From NCBI GenBank assembly GCA_020630015.1, contig JAHDCF010000008.1:18000-81999 (forward strand): a stretch of DNA of 64,000 nucleotides, read 5' to 3'. Below, one piece after another: positions 26,733 to 39,411 of this stretch. The notes under the pieces were generated by a model. The model was not told the DNA's origin. It did not search any database and saw only the letters and a program-made list of their open reading frames with translations. Positions within the stretch are counted from its first letter, which is position 1, and each line of letters starts with the position of its first letter. Origin of the DNA: Planktomarina sp. (GTDB lineage: Bacteria > Pseudomonadota > Alphaproteobacteria > Rhodobacterales > Rhodobacteraceae). The position numbers and the translations under genes were made by a program.

Positions 26733-27223
26733 ATGCGTGGGCTCATACTTACCGGATCTTGTTTTATGTTTTGCATTGCTGCGGCCTCGGCCTTGGCGAC
26801 TGAAAATCAGTGCGTTCCGAACGGTTCGTGCGACCTTTCCGAAGCAATGGCGGCTCTTCCGCAATCAGTTCGAGAAAGCAATGTATTCTTCCCAAATGGT
26901 GGTGCAGATCTGGATAAATTTGCACAAACACAGCTTTCGCTACTGGCAAAGGAACTGAACACGCCGCAACTTCAAGAGATTTGTTTGAGGATTGAAGGAC
27001 ACGCAGACCCAAAAGGACCAGAAGATGTCAATATGCAGATTTCATGGTTACGTGCTCAGAGCGTTTTCAGTTTTCTGTCCAAGGAATTAGGTGAAAAAAA
27101 CCAAAAATGGAATTGGCGGCCTTTGGGGAATCCCAACCTCTTCCAGATTTACCCAAGGGAAGTATCTTGAATCGAAGGGTTGCTTTACAGGCGCGGGATT
27201 GCAGTTCTTTACCTAAAGGTTAA
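26733..27223 (+). pseudogene. OmpA-family (OmpA_C-like) periplasmic protein, reading frame broken at an A7 run / A_AAA_AAC heptamer
   Basis: AGGAGG lies 6 nt before the ATG at 26733, and the signal peptide is MRGLILTGSCFMFCIAAASALA. Frame 0 gives VFFPNGGADL...IEGHADPKGPEDVNMQISWLRAQSV...ELGEKN and then junk up to a stop at 27170. The -1 frame from 27101 gives PKMELAAFGESQPLPDLPKGSILNRRVALQ..., the conserved GE-x-x-P...NRRV end, with a stop at 27221-27223. Confidence 0.7.
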
Positions 27224-28286
27224 CGACACAGTGATCCCGCGCACTTTTTTGTGCGGCGAGGCCTATGGCAACTGCAGAGGCCCCATCTTGCAACGTTACC
27301 TCTACGTTCCCCTTCCCTCGGGCCGCTTCCAGAAACTTCTGGTGCTGATAAAACGTTGATCCATTATGATCACCCGCATCAAGCAATTGTGGATCAACTG
27401 GCACAGTCTTTTTTGAAGGTCCTTGCGGCGATCGTGGCGATTTTATCAACAACGGCTCTGGTGCGGGTCCCAAATCCGCCGGCCAAAATCGCCCTGGCCC
27501 TGGGACACGGCATTCTATCTTACCCAAAGGGCCGACCGCCGAAACCTCTTCTTGATATTTGCTTCCCTCTGCAAACATACAAAGTTCCAACATCGCCCGA
27601 ACCCCGTTATCAAAATCCACAATTACGTAACCGTGATCCCAAATATCAGGCGTTTGCCCATCATAAACTTCGTCAAGATGATTGTATGCCTGACCCGCAC
27701 TCGCCATAACTCGGACTGCATCGCCACCAGATGCAAGTCGCATCAGATCAAAAAAGTGACAACATTTCTCGACCAAAGTGCCGCCCGTATTGCGATTAAA
27801 GCGGTTCCAATCTCCGATTTTTGGCAAGAATGGAAATCGATGTTCGCGGATGCTGAACATTTTCAATCCACCGGTTGCATCTTGCAACCCTTCCAAAAGA
27901 GCAGAGATCGGGGGCATATATCTGTATTCCATGGCCACCCATACAGGTGCCTTATAGGACTGAGAAAAAGCAGTAACGCGGTTGGCTTCTTTGGGATCGG
28001 TGTAAAGTGGTTTTTCCACAAGGATGGGAATTGTCCTTCGCGCCGCAATCGCTTCCAACTGGTCTAAATGAAGGTAATTGGGGCTTACAATAACGATTGC
28101 ATCACTGGCATCGATAACCTGATCTAAAGTATCACAAACGTCTGCACCACCCGCCAATTTAGCAGCGTATTGTGCCAATTCTTCAACTGGATCAAAAACA
28201 GCGCCAACAAAAGCACCGTCCAAGATATTGATGTTGCGGATATGCTCTTGGCCCATCATGCCACACCCGATCAATCCATATTTCAT
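27213..28286 (-). CDS. Gfo/Idh/MocA-family oxidoreductase
   Basis: MKYGLIGCGMMGQEHIRNI is a Rossmann N-terminus, and EKP is present. I trimmed the start to the ATG at 28286 (AAGGA RBS), 14 nt after the GntR gene stop. Confidence 0.85.
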   Translation of the reverse strand: MKYGLIGCGMMGQEHIRNINILDGAFVGAVFDPVEELAQYAAKLAGGADVCDTLDQVIDASDAIVIVSPNYLHLDQLEAIAARRTIPILVEKPLYTDPKEANRVTAFSQSYKAPVWVAMEYRYMPPISALLEGLQDATGGLKMFSIREHRFPFLPKIGDWNRFNRNTGGTLVEKCCHFFDLMRLASGGDAVRVMASAGQAYNHLDEVYDGQTPDIWDHGYVIVDFDNGVRAMLELCMFAEGSKYQEEVSAVGPLGKIECRVPGPGRFWPADLGPAPEPLLIKSPRSPQGPSKKTVPVDPQLLDAGDHNGSTFYQHQKFLEAARGKGNVEVTLQDGASAVAIGLAAQKSARDHCVVNL

Positions 28287-28299
28287 CAAAGTGCAATCC

Positions 28300-29004
28300 T
28301 TACGCCAATCGTGATAAATACCGTGCTTCGTTTGGGTCGAACCACGTCGTTGAAATTTCTGCAAGAGTCCCATCTTGCGCCCATGCTTTGCGCACAACAT
28401 GACCAGCGGTATCAGAGTTCCCCAAAGACATCCAATGCGGCCATTTCAGCACCCCAATGCTATCTTCAACATGTGTGATCCACAGATTATGTCGGGCGCG
28501 ATATGTCAAATAAAGCGACTCGGATAGTTGATTTTCATTCAGCTCCGCTGATTTTGGAAGTTTGACAAATATTTCTTCCAAAGCGACCTCGACATCATCC
28601 AAAGCGCGAACGCGACGAATACGCCAGGCATTATCTGTGTTGAAATCTGAAGGAGCTTTTTCAAAGGAAACATCAAGAATTCGAGCAGTCGGCAAACCTG
28701 ATAGCCCAGGACGTTCCAGTCTGAAGAACGCATAAAGAGAGACATCATTTTGTGGCTTTTGAACGTAATTTCCCGATCCTTGAACACGCCTCAAGAAACC
28801 TCGGATTTCTATTTCGGCCAGAGCTTTGCGCAATGTTCCAACGGAAATGTCCAGCTCCAAGGCCATTTCACGCTCACCCTTCAATCTGCTTCCATCACAG
28901 ATGCGGCCGGCACGAATGTCTCGTGTCAACATTTCCGCAATCGCTAAATATTTGGGAAGTGCCCCTGGATTTGGCATCACACTTTTCCGAAATTGATATA
29001 GCAT
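28300..29004 (-). CDS. GntR-family transcriptional regulator (HutC/UTRA type)
   Basis: Contains LPKYLAIAEMLTRDIRAGRI..G.RLKGEREMALELDISVGTLRKALAEIEIRGFLRRVQGSGNYV (a wHTH) plus a C-terminal UTRA-like domain. The start could also be the Met at 28977. Confidence 0.85.
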   Translation of the reverse strand: MLYQFRKSVMPNPGALPKYLAIAEMLTRDIRAGRICDGSRLKGEREMALELDISVGTLRKALAEIEIRGFLRRVQGSGNYVQKPQNDVSLYAFFRLERPGLSGLPTARILDVSFEKAPSDFNTDNAWRIRRVRALDDVEVALEEIFVKLPKSAELNENQLSESLYLTYRARHNLWITHVEDSIGVLKWPHWMSLGNSDTAGHVVRKAWAQDGTLAEISTTWFDPNEARYLSRLA

Positions 29005-29027
29005 TGATTTACTTTATTTGCGAAGCT

Positions 29028-30212
29028 ATGCAAGACGTAATTCAAACGGGGATTCGTGTGACCATCGTTCCAATAACATCGCCTGAATTAAATGGTGCTG
29101 AAATTTCTTGGTTTTCTGCGCTCTGTTCGGACGACTATCAATTTCTTGGCGTTCCGGATGGAAACCTTAGGTCGAGTTGGGCCAATTGCCGGGACATTCT
29201 TTTAGAGGCCGAAAAACAAGGCTTTCGAAACATTTTGTGCCCGTCATCGTATCAAGTGGGACAGGATACACTTTCCTTCGTTGCAGGTTGTGCACCTCTT
29301 ACCGACCGTATCAATATGTTGGCGGCCGTTCGATGCGGGGAAATGCAGCCTATAATGTTGGCGCGTACAATCGCAACATTGGACCACATGTTGCAGGGTC
29401 GTTTGACGGTGAACATCATTTCCAGTGATTTCCCGGGTGAAAAAGCTGAAAGCGGTTTTCGGTATCAACGATCACGCGAAGTTGTGGAAATCTTGAAACA
29501 GGCTTGGACCCAAGATGAAATAAATTTCCATGGTGAAGTTTATCAATTCGAAGGGCTGACCACGGACCCTGCCCGCCCCTATCAAGTGGGTGGCCCGTTG
29601 CTTTATTTTGGTGGTTACAGTTCCGCGGCCTTGGATTTGTGTGGCCAGCACTGTGATGTTTATTTGATGTGGCCAGAACCCAAAGAAAACATTGCCCAGC
29701 GCATGAAAGACGTGAATGCAGTGGCGGACAAATATGACCGCACACTGGATTACGGCCTTAGGGTGCACATGATTGTACGTGAAACTGAGGCTGAGGCCAA
29801 AGAATATGCCGAACATATTTCAAGTAAACTCGACGATGAATATGGTAAACTGATCCGCGACCGCGCCCATGATAGCATTTCTCTGGGCGTGGCACACCAA
29901 GCCAAAGCGCGTGAATTGGCAGATAAATTTGGATACGTGGAACCCCATCTTTGGACGGGCGTGGGACGTGCCAGATCCGGGTGTGGCGCGGCACTGGTCG
30001 GGTCTGCGGATCAGGTCCTTTCTGAAATCGAAGAATACAAAAAGATGGGCATTCGGGCCTTTATTTTCTCGGGTTATCCGCACATTGACGAATGCAGGCA
30101 CTTTGGCCGTCTTGTGATGCCGGAACTGGAAACAGTGTCCCTGCCCCATGCGTACGGCCGGGTACCATCTGAAACACCAAACACGCCTTTGGGCGTAGGA
30201 GAACGCCGCTGA
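29028..30212 (+). CDS. LLM-class (luciferase-like) flavin-dependent monooxygenase
   Basis: Contains ISWFSALCSDDYQFLG..., GRLTVNIISSDFPGE and LLYFGGYSSAALDLCGQHCDVYLMWPE, an SsuD-like TIM-barrel pattern. The track start at 28752 overlaps the GntR gene, so a start at the ATG at 29028 or the GTG at 29058 (GGGGA RBS) is more likely. Confidence 0.8.
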   Translation: MQDVIQTGIRVTIVPITSPELNGAEISWFSALCSDDYQFLGVPDGNLRSSWANCRDILLEAEKQGFRNILCPSSYQVGQDTLSFVAGCAPLTDRINMLAAVRCGEMQPIMLARTIATLDHMLQGRLTVNIISSDFPGEKAESGFRYQRSREVVEILKQAWTQDEINFHGEVYQFEGLTTDPARPYQVGGPLLYFGGYSSAALDLCGQHCDVYLMWPEPKENIAQRMKDVNAVADKYDRTLDYGLRVHMIVRETEAEAKEYAEHISSKLDDEYGKLIRDRAHDSISLGVAHQAKARELADKFGYVEPHLWTGVGRARSGCGAALVGSADQVLSEIEEYKKMGIRAFIFSGYPHIDECRHFGRLVMPELETVSLPHAYGRVPSETPNTPLGVGERR

Positions 30213-31093
30213 TGGAGCGCATCAATCTAACCGACAATCTATCCCTTTCGCGTATCGTTTATGGCATGTGGCGACTTGGGGACGATGCCAATACCACGCC
30301 TGAACATGTCACAGCCAAGATTGAGGCATGCTTGGATCAGGGTATTACCACCATGGATCAGGCGGATATTTACGGTGGTTACATGGCGGAAGAGGTGTTG
30401 GGTGCGGCCATGACACCCGCAATCCGCAACAAAATCGAAATTGTCACGAAATGCGACATCGTGGCGCCTGTCGGGCGATATGAAAACGCGCGCGTGAAAT
30501 ATTACGATACAAGCAGGGATCATATTTTATCCTCAGTCGATCATTCCCTACGACTAATGAACATTGATCACATCGATGTCTTACTGATCCACCGCCCTGA
30601 TCCATTCATGAACCATCATGAAACTGGCGCCGCATTGGATGAGGTGGTGGCGAAAGGCAAAGTTCGTTCCGTGGGGGTTTCAAATTTTCGACCCTGGGAT
30701 TGGTCGCTGCTGCAATCCGCCACGAAAACCAAACTGGTCACCAACCAAATCGAAATGTCGGTAACCCACCCTGCCCCTTTCACGAATGGTGATTTGGCTC
30801 ACTTGCAGGAAATGGGGGTCCCACCGATGGCATGGTCACCTTTGGGTGGGGGATCGTTGTTTATGAACGCACCAATCATGGACGTGTTGAAAAGAATTGG
30901 CGAAGCACAAGGTGTGGATGGGTCCGCAGTGGCTGTTGCTTGGTTGTTGGCGCACCCAGCCAATATCATCCCCGTTATGGGCACCAACAATTTGGACCGG
31001 ATTACCAAAATTTCAGATGCGGCCAAAGTCACCATTGACCGCCAAACTTGGTTTGAAATCTATTCGGCCGCTCTTGGTGAAGAGGTCGCTTGA
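30212..31093 (+). CDS. Aldo/keto reductase (YdhF-like)
   Basis: Contains GMWRLGD, TTMDQADIYGGY, IDVLLIHRPD and VGVSNF. Its start overlaps the LLM gene stop. Confidence 0.85.
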   Translation: MERINLTDNLSLSRIVYGMWRLGDDANTTPEHVTAKIEACLDQGITTMDQADIYGGYMAEEVLGAAMTPAIRNKIEIVTKCDIVAPVGRYENARVKYYDTSRDHILSSVDHSLRLMNIDHIDVLLIHRPDPFMNHHETGAALDEVVAKGKVRSVGVSNFRPWDWSLLQSATKTKLVTNQIEMSVTHPAPFTNGDLAHLQEMGVPPMAWSPLGGGSLFMNAPIMDVLKRIGEAQGVDGSAVAVAWLLAHPANIIPVMGTNNLDRITKISDAAKVTIDRQTWFEIYSAALGEEVA

Positions 31094-31590
31094 TGGGGGG
31101 GATGACAAACATATCCCCACAGGATGGACGGGCACTACGAACCGCGTTCGGCCAATTTGCCACCGGAGTAACTATCATCACGGCGCAAACCCAAAACGGA
31201 GATCCTATTGGTATAACGGCAAACAGCTTTGCATCGGTGTCTTTGGATCCACCTTTATTGATGTGGTCACCGGCAAAATCTGCCGGTCGGCATGATGTCT
31301 TTACACAAGCAACACATTTTGCTGTTCATGTTATGCAACATGACCAGCAAAACATATGCGCCGATTTTGTCCGCGAAGGAAATGCCTTCGAAGCATATGG
31401 TTGGCATGCAAATGCGCACGGTGTCCCATTGTTAGACAAAGTTTTAGCAAGGTTTGAGTGTCGACGTTACGGATTGACCGATGCCGGAGATCACACATTG
31501 ATTTTAGGAGAGGTGCAAAACTGTGCCATCCAAAATGGAGCGCCATTGGTTTTTTCTGCCGGGCAATACGGCAGTTTCACACCCAACTGA
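31090..31590 (+). CDS. Flavin reductase (HpaC/NtaB-like) component
   Basis: Contains LRTAFGQFATGVTIITA and NSFASVSLDPPLLMW. It has a 4-nt overlap with the preceding gene. Confidence 0.85.
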   Translation: MMGGMTNISPQDGRALRTAFGQFATGVTIITAQTQNGDPIGITANSFASVSLDPPLLMWSPAKSAGRHDVFTQATHFAVHVMQHDQQNICADFVREGNAFEAYGWHANAHGVPLLDKVLARFECRRYGLTDAGDHTLILGEVQNCAIQNGAPLVFSAGQYGSFTPN

Positions 31591-31893
31591 CCTATAAATC
31601 ATAGGTGGAAAATTTAATGGCAGGACGCCGAAGGGCGTACTGAGAAGGCTTTGTGACCCGTTAAACAATTGAATTGACGCCTGATGGTCATTGCACAGGC
31701 CTTGGCAGAGTTTCTACTTGGCGTCGTAGTCGGTGTTTTTGATTAGCAAGTTATCATGGGTTTGATTTCGCGTGCGGCTTGGACAGCAACCACCGCGAAG
31801 TTTCTAATGAATTAAATGATTAGCCTCGCCAAAGACCTGAGTTAATCAAACTCAACACCCAGCGAAATGGCGCACAAATGGGCGCTCTCCTTG

Positions 31894-33297
31894 CTATTTC
31901 GCGGCTGCGCCTACTTCCGTTTCGGCGAAGCTTTCGGTCGTATAATGAGCCACGCGCAAAGTGGGTGACCAATGATCCTTGGGCAACCCTGCTTTTTGCA
32001 TGACACCATCCACAAAGTCAGAAGGATCCTTCAAGCTTTCCCATACCATTGGCAGAAATGTGCCACGCTTTCCTTGATCTGTTACAATTAGACCAGATTT
32101 TCCGGGTATGATTTGATTTTCCAAGTCAGTTCGGTTGGACACGGCCATTGGTGCTGGCCGACTGAGTATCGCAATTTTTAGTTTTAACTCTTCCAGTTGT
32201 TTCGGTGAATTTAACGGTTCAAACCTTGGGTCGCTGGTTCCCGCTTTGATCGAATTTGTAATCACGTCTTGTACAAGCGGTTGATGCGGCGACAACGATC
32301 CTATGCACCCGCGCAAGTGCCCTTGGCGCTGCAACGTGACGAAACTGGCCAAGGTTGTCTGCAAAGGGGCACCAAACGAACCCAAGTTGATTTTGGGGTC
32401 GCGTTTGTTTTTCAACCTCAATGTCAGTGCCTGTCGGGCAACTCTCAAAAGCTCCGCACGGCGTTTATCGTTAAAGACTTCGATTGAATTTGGATAAACG
32501 GCCCATGCGCCGTAGCCAACAACCGAAGAAGCATCTTGAGTGACCCTGAAACTTGTGTCCATTGCCAACCGAATTGCCTGACACCTTTTCCCCAATTCCG
32601 AAGCAAAAAATCCTGCGACAGGCATCCATCCACATGCGTGTTGCCCATCAAGCCCACGCATATCACCGGTTTCAATCATTTGTGCGGTGGCTGCATCCAG
32701 CTGAGCCGCCTTTGTCGTGTCATGAAAATGACTCAGGTCTGTGGACAAAATGAACAATGTGGCCACGTCAGGATCCCCAGCCAAATGATCAATAACACGG
32801 GCCACATCCGCCACCTTGGTACGACCAATCACAAGAGGAATAACCGGTGCAGATCGAAGGTATCGAGCAATGAAAGGAAATTGCGTTTCAACGCCGTGTT
32901 CCGCATCATGGGCTGCGTGATCGATATGCGCCAGACCACGATCAATCAAATCGTTACGGCACAGTTTATCAACCCCTATCACCCCATTCGGAACTGATGC
33001 ACCGCGCCAACCGGGCAATGCGATCCCTGCAAAGCGGTGAGAATGGCTCGGGCTGATCACAACAATTCGTTTGTAATCGTGCTCGTACGCTTCAGTGATG
33101 GCGGCGGCATATGCTTGTCCTGCAACCTCACCAGAAAACCGATAACCCGCATGAGGGGCGATAATCGCTGTGGGTCTGGACTTGGTCAGACTTCTTCCAA
33201 CCTTACCACCTTGCACCAAAAGCCGCACATGCCGGTTCAGTGGAACCGGCTCTGAAGTATAAAACCGTCCTGCGAATTGAGCGGGATGCAGGGTCAT
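31894..33297 (-). CDS. AmmeMemoRadiSam system fusion protein: Memo-like (protein B) N-terminal half + AMMECR1 (protein A) C-terminal half
   Basis: The Memo half has IIAPHAGYRFSG, VVISPSH and EHGVETQFPF. The AMMECR1 half has ASFVTLQRQGHLRGCIGSL, SDPRFEPL and KRGTFLPMVW. Confidence 0.85.
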   Translation of the reverse strand: MTLHPAQFAGRFYTSEPVPLNRHVRLLVQGGKVGRSLTKSRPTAIIAPHAGYRFSGEVAGQAYAAAITEAYEHDYKRIVVISPSHSHRFAGIALPGWRGASVPNGVIGVDKLCRNDLIDRGLAHIDHAAHDAEHGVETQFPFIARYLRSAPVIPLVIGRTKVADVARVIDHLAGDPDVATLFILSTDLSHFHDTTKAAQLDAATAQMIETGDMRGLDGQHACGWMPVAGFFASELGKRCQAIRLAMDTSFRVTQDASSVVGYGAWAVYPNSIEVFNDKRRAELLRVARQALTLRLKNKRDPKINLGSFGAPLQTTLASFVTLQRQGHLRGCIGSLSPHQPLVQDVITNSIKAGTSDPRFEPLNSPKQLEELKLKIAILSRPAPMAVSNRTDLENQIIPGKSGLIVTDQGKRGTFLPMVWESLKDPSDFVDGVMQKAGLPKDHWSPTLRVAHYTTESFAETEVGAAAK

Positions 33298-33363
33298 GAG
33301 AACACTCGCTTCTTCATCTTTAGATGCTAGTATGACCGTGAAACATTACCAAGGAAAGAAACA

Positions 33364-34440
33364 ATGGGCCACGTTGGCCGGTATTGGACCATTGATCAAA
33401 ACAATCGCCTTGTTTGTGAATTATGCCCTCGCCTGTGCAAATTGCGGGATGGTCAGCGCGGCATGTGTTTCGTTCGGCAGCGTATCGGCGATGTTTTGGT
33501 TCTTGATACCTACGGGCGGTCGTCGGGATTTTGTATTGATCCGATTGAAAAGAAACCTCTAAACCACTTTTTCCCTGGCACACCCGTCCTTAGCTTTGGA
33601 ACAGCGGGATGTAACCTTGCTTGTAAATTCTGCCAAAACCACGACATCTCAAAAAGCCGCCAACAAGACAGCCTTGCAGCACATGCAACGCCTCAAATGA
33701 TTGCGAACGCAGCGCTCAATGCCGGGGCAAAATCAGTTGCATACACATACAACGATCCAGTTATTTTTTTGGAATATGCAGTTGATGTTGCCGATGCTTG
33801 CAGCGCGCGCGGTGTAAAAAATGTTGCCGTCACAGCCGGTTATCTTACCGATCATTCTCGACCTGAATTTTTCGGTGTAATGGATGCCGCAAACATTGAT
33901 TTGAAAGCATTTTCGCCGGAATTTTACAAACAACTGACTGCATCCGAGATTGGCCCCGTCCTTGAAAGTATCGATTACGCGGTTAACGAGACTGATTGTT
34001 GGGTTGAAATCACCACCCTTTTGATACCGGGTGAAAATGATAACGAGACCGAAATTCGCAACCTGGCGACATGGGTGCGCGAGGTTTGCGGGCCACATGT
34101 TCCTCTTCATTTTTCGGCGTTCCACCCAGATCATAAAATGATGAGCCATCCACGAACACCAATTGAAACCTTGCTCAAAGCGCGGCGTATCGCATTAGAG
34201 GAAGGGTTGCATCACGTGTATATTGGGAACGCCAATCATAAGATCGCCCAATCCAGCTACTGTCATGGTTGTTCGGCTCTTGTCGTTGGTCGTGATTGGT
34301 ATGAGCTGAGCGAATGGAACCTTGATACATCGGGCACTTGCAAAAAGTGCGGGACCCAAATGCATGGTCGATTTGATGGGGCGCCAGGGGATTGGGGGCG
34401 AAAAAGAAAACCGGTGAGATTGGTTGCTCCGAAAACCTAA
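33364..34440 (+). CDS. AmmeMemoRadiSam system radical SAM enzyme
   Basis: Contains the N-terminal CELCPRLCKLRDGQRGMCFVRQ and the radical-SAM CNLACKFC (CxxxCxxC). It is transcribed divergently from the B-A fusion gene. Confidence 0.88.
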   Translation: MGHVGRYWTIDQNNRLVCELCPRLCKLRDGQRGMCFVRQRIGDVLVLDTYGRSSGFCIDPIEKKPLNHFFPGTPVLSFGTAGCNLACKFCQNHDISKSRQQDSLAAHATPQMIANAALNAGAKSVAYTYNDPVIFLEYAVDVADACSARGVKNVAVTAGYLTDHSRPEFFGVMDAANIDLKAFSPEFYKQLTASEIGPVLESIDYAVNETDCWVEITTLLIPGENDNETEIRNLATWVREVCGPHVPLHFSAFHPDHKMMSHPRTPIETLLKARRIALEEGLHHVYIGNANHKIAQSSYCHGCSALVVGRDWYELSEWNLDTSGTCKKCGTQMHGRFDGAPGDWGRKRKPVRLVAPKT

Positions 34441-34684
34441 CGGGAAAGGGTGCATCAAAACACGATAGGCATCCATCAAAACTTCGCCGCGCGCGATCTG
34501 TACCGGTTTCATTTTTTGGTGACATTTTCTTGGTTAATCGCCGCCTTCGGATCCCCACCGATTGCTGACAGAACATAGAAAATGTAAGCACATGTTAAAT
34601 CTGGTGCAGACATTCTTGACTCAGAAGCCCTATCCCTTGCGGGTTCCTGATCACGTTACATGGGGCCTTTCGATAAAATTGGCA

Positions 34685-35902
34685 TCAACTGCGGATTAGC
34701 ACGCCCAAATCTGCGACATTGGTTCCAGTACCACCTGTCAAAAGCAAAGCATCAGCTGCTTCAAGCGCGGGATACGCGTCATTGTTGTCCAACAGGGCCT
34801 GGGGATCCAATCCTTTCGCGCGAATGTTAGACAATGTTCGCTCCGTCACAACACCACCCGCCGCATCTGTTGGCCCATCCCGACCATCGGTTCCCGCTTG
34901 AAGATAAAGCCATGGACCTTGCCAGTCATTTGCTTCTGCCAACAGCGCAAGTCGCAATGCCAAATCTTGATTTCGCCCCCCACGCCCCGATCCTTTTAAA
35001 GTCACGGTCGTTTCCCCACCAAACACATGTCGTCCAGATGATTGGGCCGCCACCCATTGGGCAGCGTCTATCACATTCCCTTCCAAAGGGGTTTTGTGAT
35101 GTTCTGCGTTCGGCATCATATCTGCCATCGCTTGCAGGCTGATCGAATTTGAACCGATCAAAATATTTGTTGCTTCATTATCCGTTATAGTGCGTTTTGC
35201 CATTCGCAAATGGTTTTGCACTGCGGTCGGTAATTCAGTCCAAACCCCCAGGTCGTGCAACGCGGACTTAGCTGTTTCAGGGGTTCCAATTGGCGCAACT
35301 GTTGGTCCGCTGGCAATCGCTCGAAGATCGTCACCGATTACGTCTGATAATACCAAAGACGTGACACGGCGACCTTCAGCATACCGAAGGATCCCCCCAC
35401 CCTTCAAATCAGAAAGCTGCTGCCTGATCATATTCATAGTGACGATATCGGCCCCGCTGGCCAGCAAAAGTTCATTTACCCTGGCTTTGTCACTTAAACC
35501 AAGATCACCTGCCGGTGCAGGTAAAAGAGCAGATCCACCACCTGATATAAGGCATAATATGGGACGAGATTTTGAAGAACTTTGGATGGCGGAAATAACG
35601 GCTCGTCCTGCAGAGATGCCGATTTCATCTGGCACCGGATGACTTGCTGCAAAAACCGTGGCACCGGGCACATTCTCCGCATTCTCTGGATTGGTGACGA
35701 CAATTGCGTTGTGCAAACCTCCAAGCACATCACTTGCACCACGTGCCATGGCGACCGCCGCTTTTCCGATGGACAAAACAAGGGGCTGTTGATCGAAGTC
35801 TGGCAGAAATCGAACAACTGCTTTGTAAGGGTCTGCTGCTGACACTCCCGCTTGAAAGGCTTTGTTCGCAATTTCAAAAAAACGGTGTTGTGTACTGGAC
35901 AT
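34685..35902 (-). CDS. Glycerate 2-kinase / hydroxypyruvate reductase-like protein (DUF4147 + MOFRL)
   Basis: Contains LSIGKAAVAMARGA, CLISGGGSALL and GGETTVTLKGSGRGGRNQDLAL. Confidence 0.85.
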   Translation of the reverse strand: MSSTQHRFFEIANKAFQAGVSAADPYKAVVRFLPDFDQQPLVLSIGKAAVAMARGASDVLGGLHNAIVVTNPENAENVPGATVFAASHPVPDEIGISAGRAVISAIQSSSKSRPILCLISGGGSALLPAPAGDLGLSDKARVNELLLASGADIVTMNMIRQQLSDLKGGGILRYAEGRRVTSLVLSDVIGDDLRAIASGPTVAPIGTPETAKSALHDLGVWTELPTAVQNHLRMAKRTITDNEATNILIGSNSISLQAMADMMPNAEHHKTPLEGNVIDAAQWVAAQSSGRHVFGGETTVTLKGSGRGGRNQDLALRLALLAEANDWQGPWLYLQAGTDGRDGPTDAAGGVVTERTLSNIRAKGLDPQALLDNNDAYPALEAADALLLTGGTGTNVADLGVLIRS

Positions 35903-36003
35903 CCGGAAATCCTATTTTAGTTGGCCTAGTAAATCGCACAAATTGAAATTGACGTCGAGGCAACAAGCCATCACACAAGTCTAAAAATCGGGAAGATTTC
36001 GTT

Positions 36004-38954
<2,951 letters not shown>

Positions 38955-38957
38955 GAT

Positions 38958-39377
38958 CTAATTGCAAATCTTCAGCCGAGGCTCTTTGAATTTCAATTCC
39001 TCGGCCGTGAAGCGCATGATCGATCTGCTGCGTGACCAGATCGCCAAATATTCTTGCCGCAATGCGCCCGGTAAGAACCCTGCAATGAACTTATCGCTAA
39101 CGGGCCCGCTGGGCGCATGAAAGCCAAACCGCCGCCCAGGTAACATGCACATATTTGGCAAGCTCAAAAACATTGTACAGGCACTGTTACATTCGCCAAG
39201 CTGTACTTGTTTGCCGGTTTTGGCCAAACGATCCCATATGCGGGCATATTCATATGGATCTCCTCCGATATCATTAAAAATAACAATCGGATCACTGTTG
39301 AAATTGATGTTTGGGGCAGTACTACGAACACCGCAACTCATCAAAATTATTGGAACAAGGAAAACGAACCGGATCAT
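38958..39377 (-). CDS. Putative lipoprotein, unknown function
   Basis: MIRFVFLVPIILMSCG is a lipobox (LMSC). I set the start at 39377 so that it does not overlap the upstream gene. Confidence 0.5.
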   Translation of the reverse strand: MIRFVFLVPIILMSCGVRSTAPNINFNSDPIVIFNDIGGDPYEYARIWDRLAKTGKQVQLGECNSACTMFLSLPNMCMLPGRRFGFHAPSGPVSDKFIAGFLPGALRQEYLAIWSRSRSIMRFTAEELKFKEPRLKICN

Positions 39378-39411
39378 TCTAAGCCTGCGAGTGTTATATT
39401 TGGCGATGTAA

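Noticed and set aside
26367-26864. A 165-aa minus-strand ORF from the track.
   Set aside because: It overlaps the well-supported start (AGGAGG RBS, signal peptide) of the plus-strand OmpA-family gene. Its translation has no family features. It is better explained as a frame running through the decayed acyltransferase-like remnant.
31684-31746. A 20-codon hydrophobic mini-ORF (MVIAQALAEFLLGVVVGVFD) in the 300-bp spacer after the flavin reductase gene, considered as a type I toxin-like peptide.
   Set aside because: It has no RBS, no obvious antisense RNA or promoter features, and could easily arise by chance. I note it only as a possibility.
38955-39020. The hairpin gccgagg-N17-cctcggc after fadH, considered as a terminator or island boundary repeat.
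   Set aside because: The loop is long, there is no T-tract, it lies inside the 3' end of the convergent lipoprotein ORF, and it has no similarity to the tRNA-Arg 3' end.
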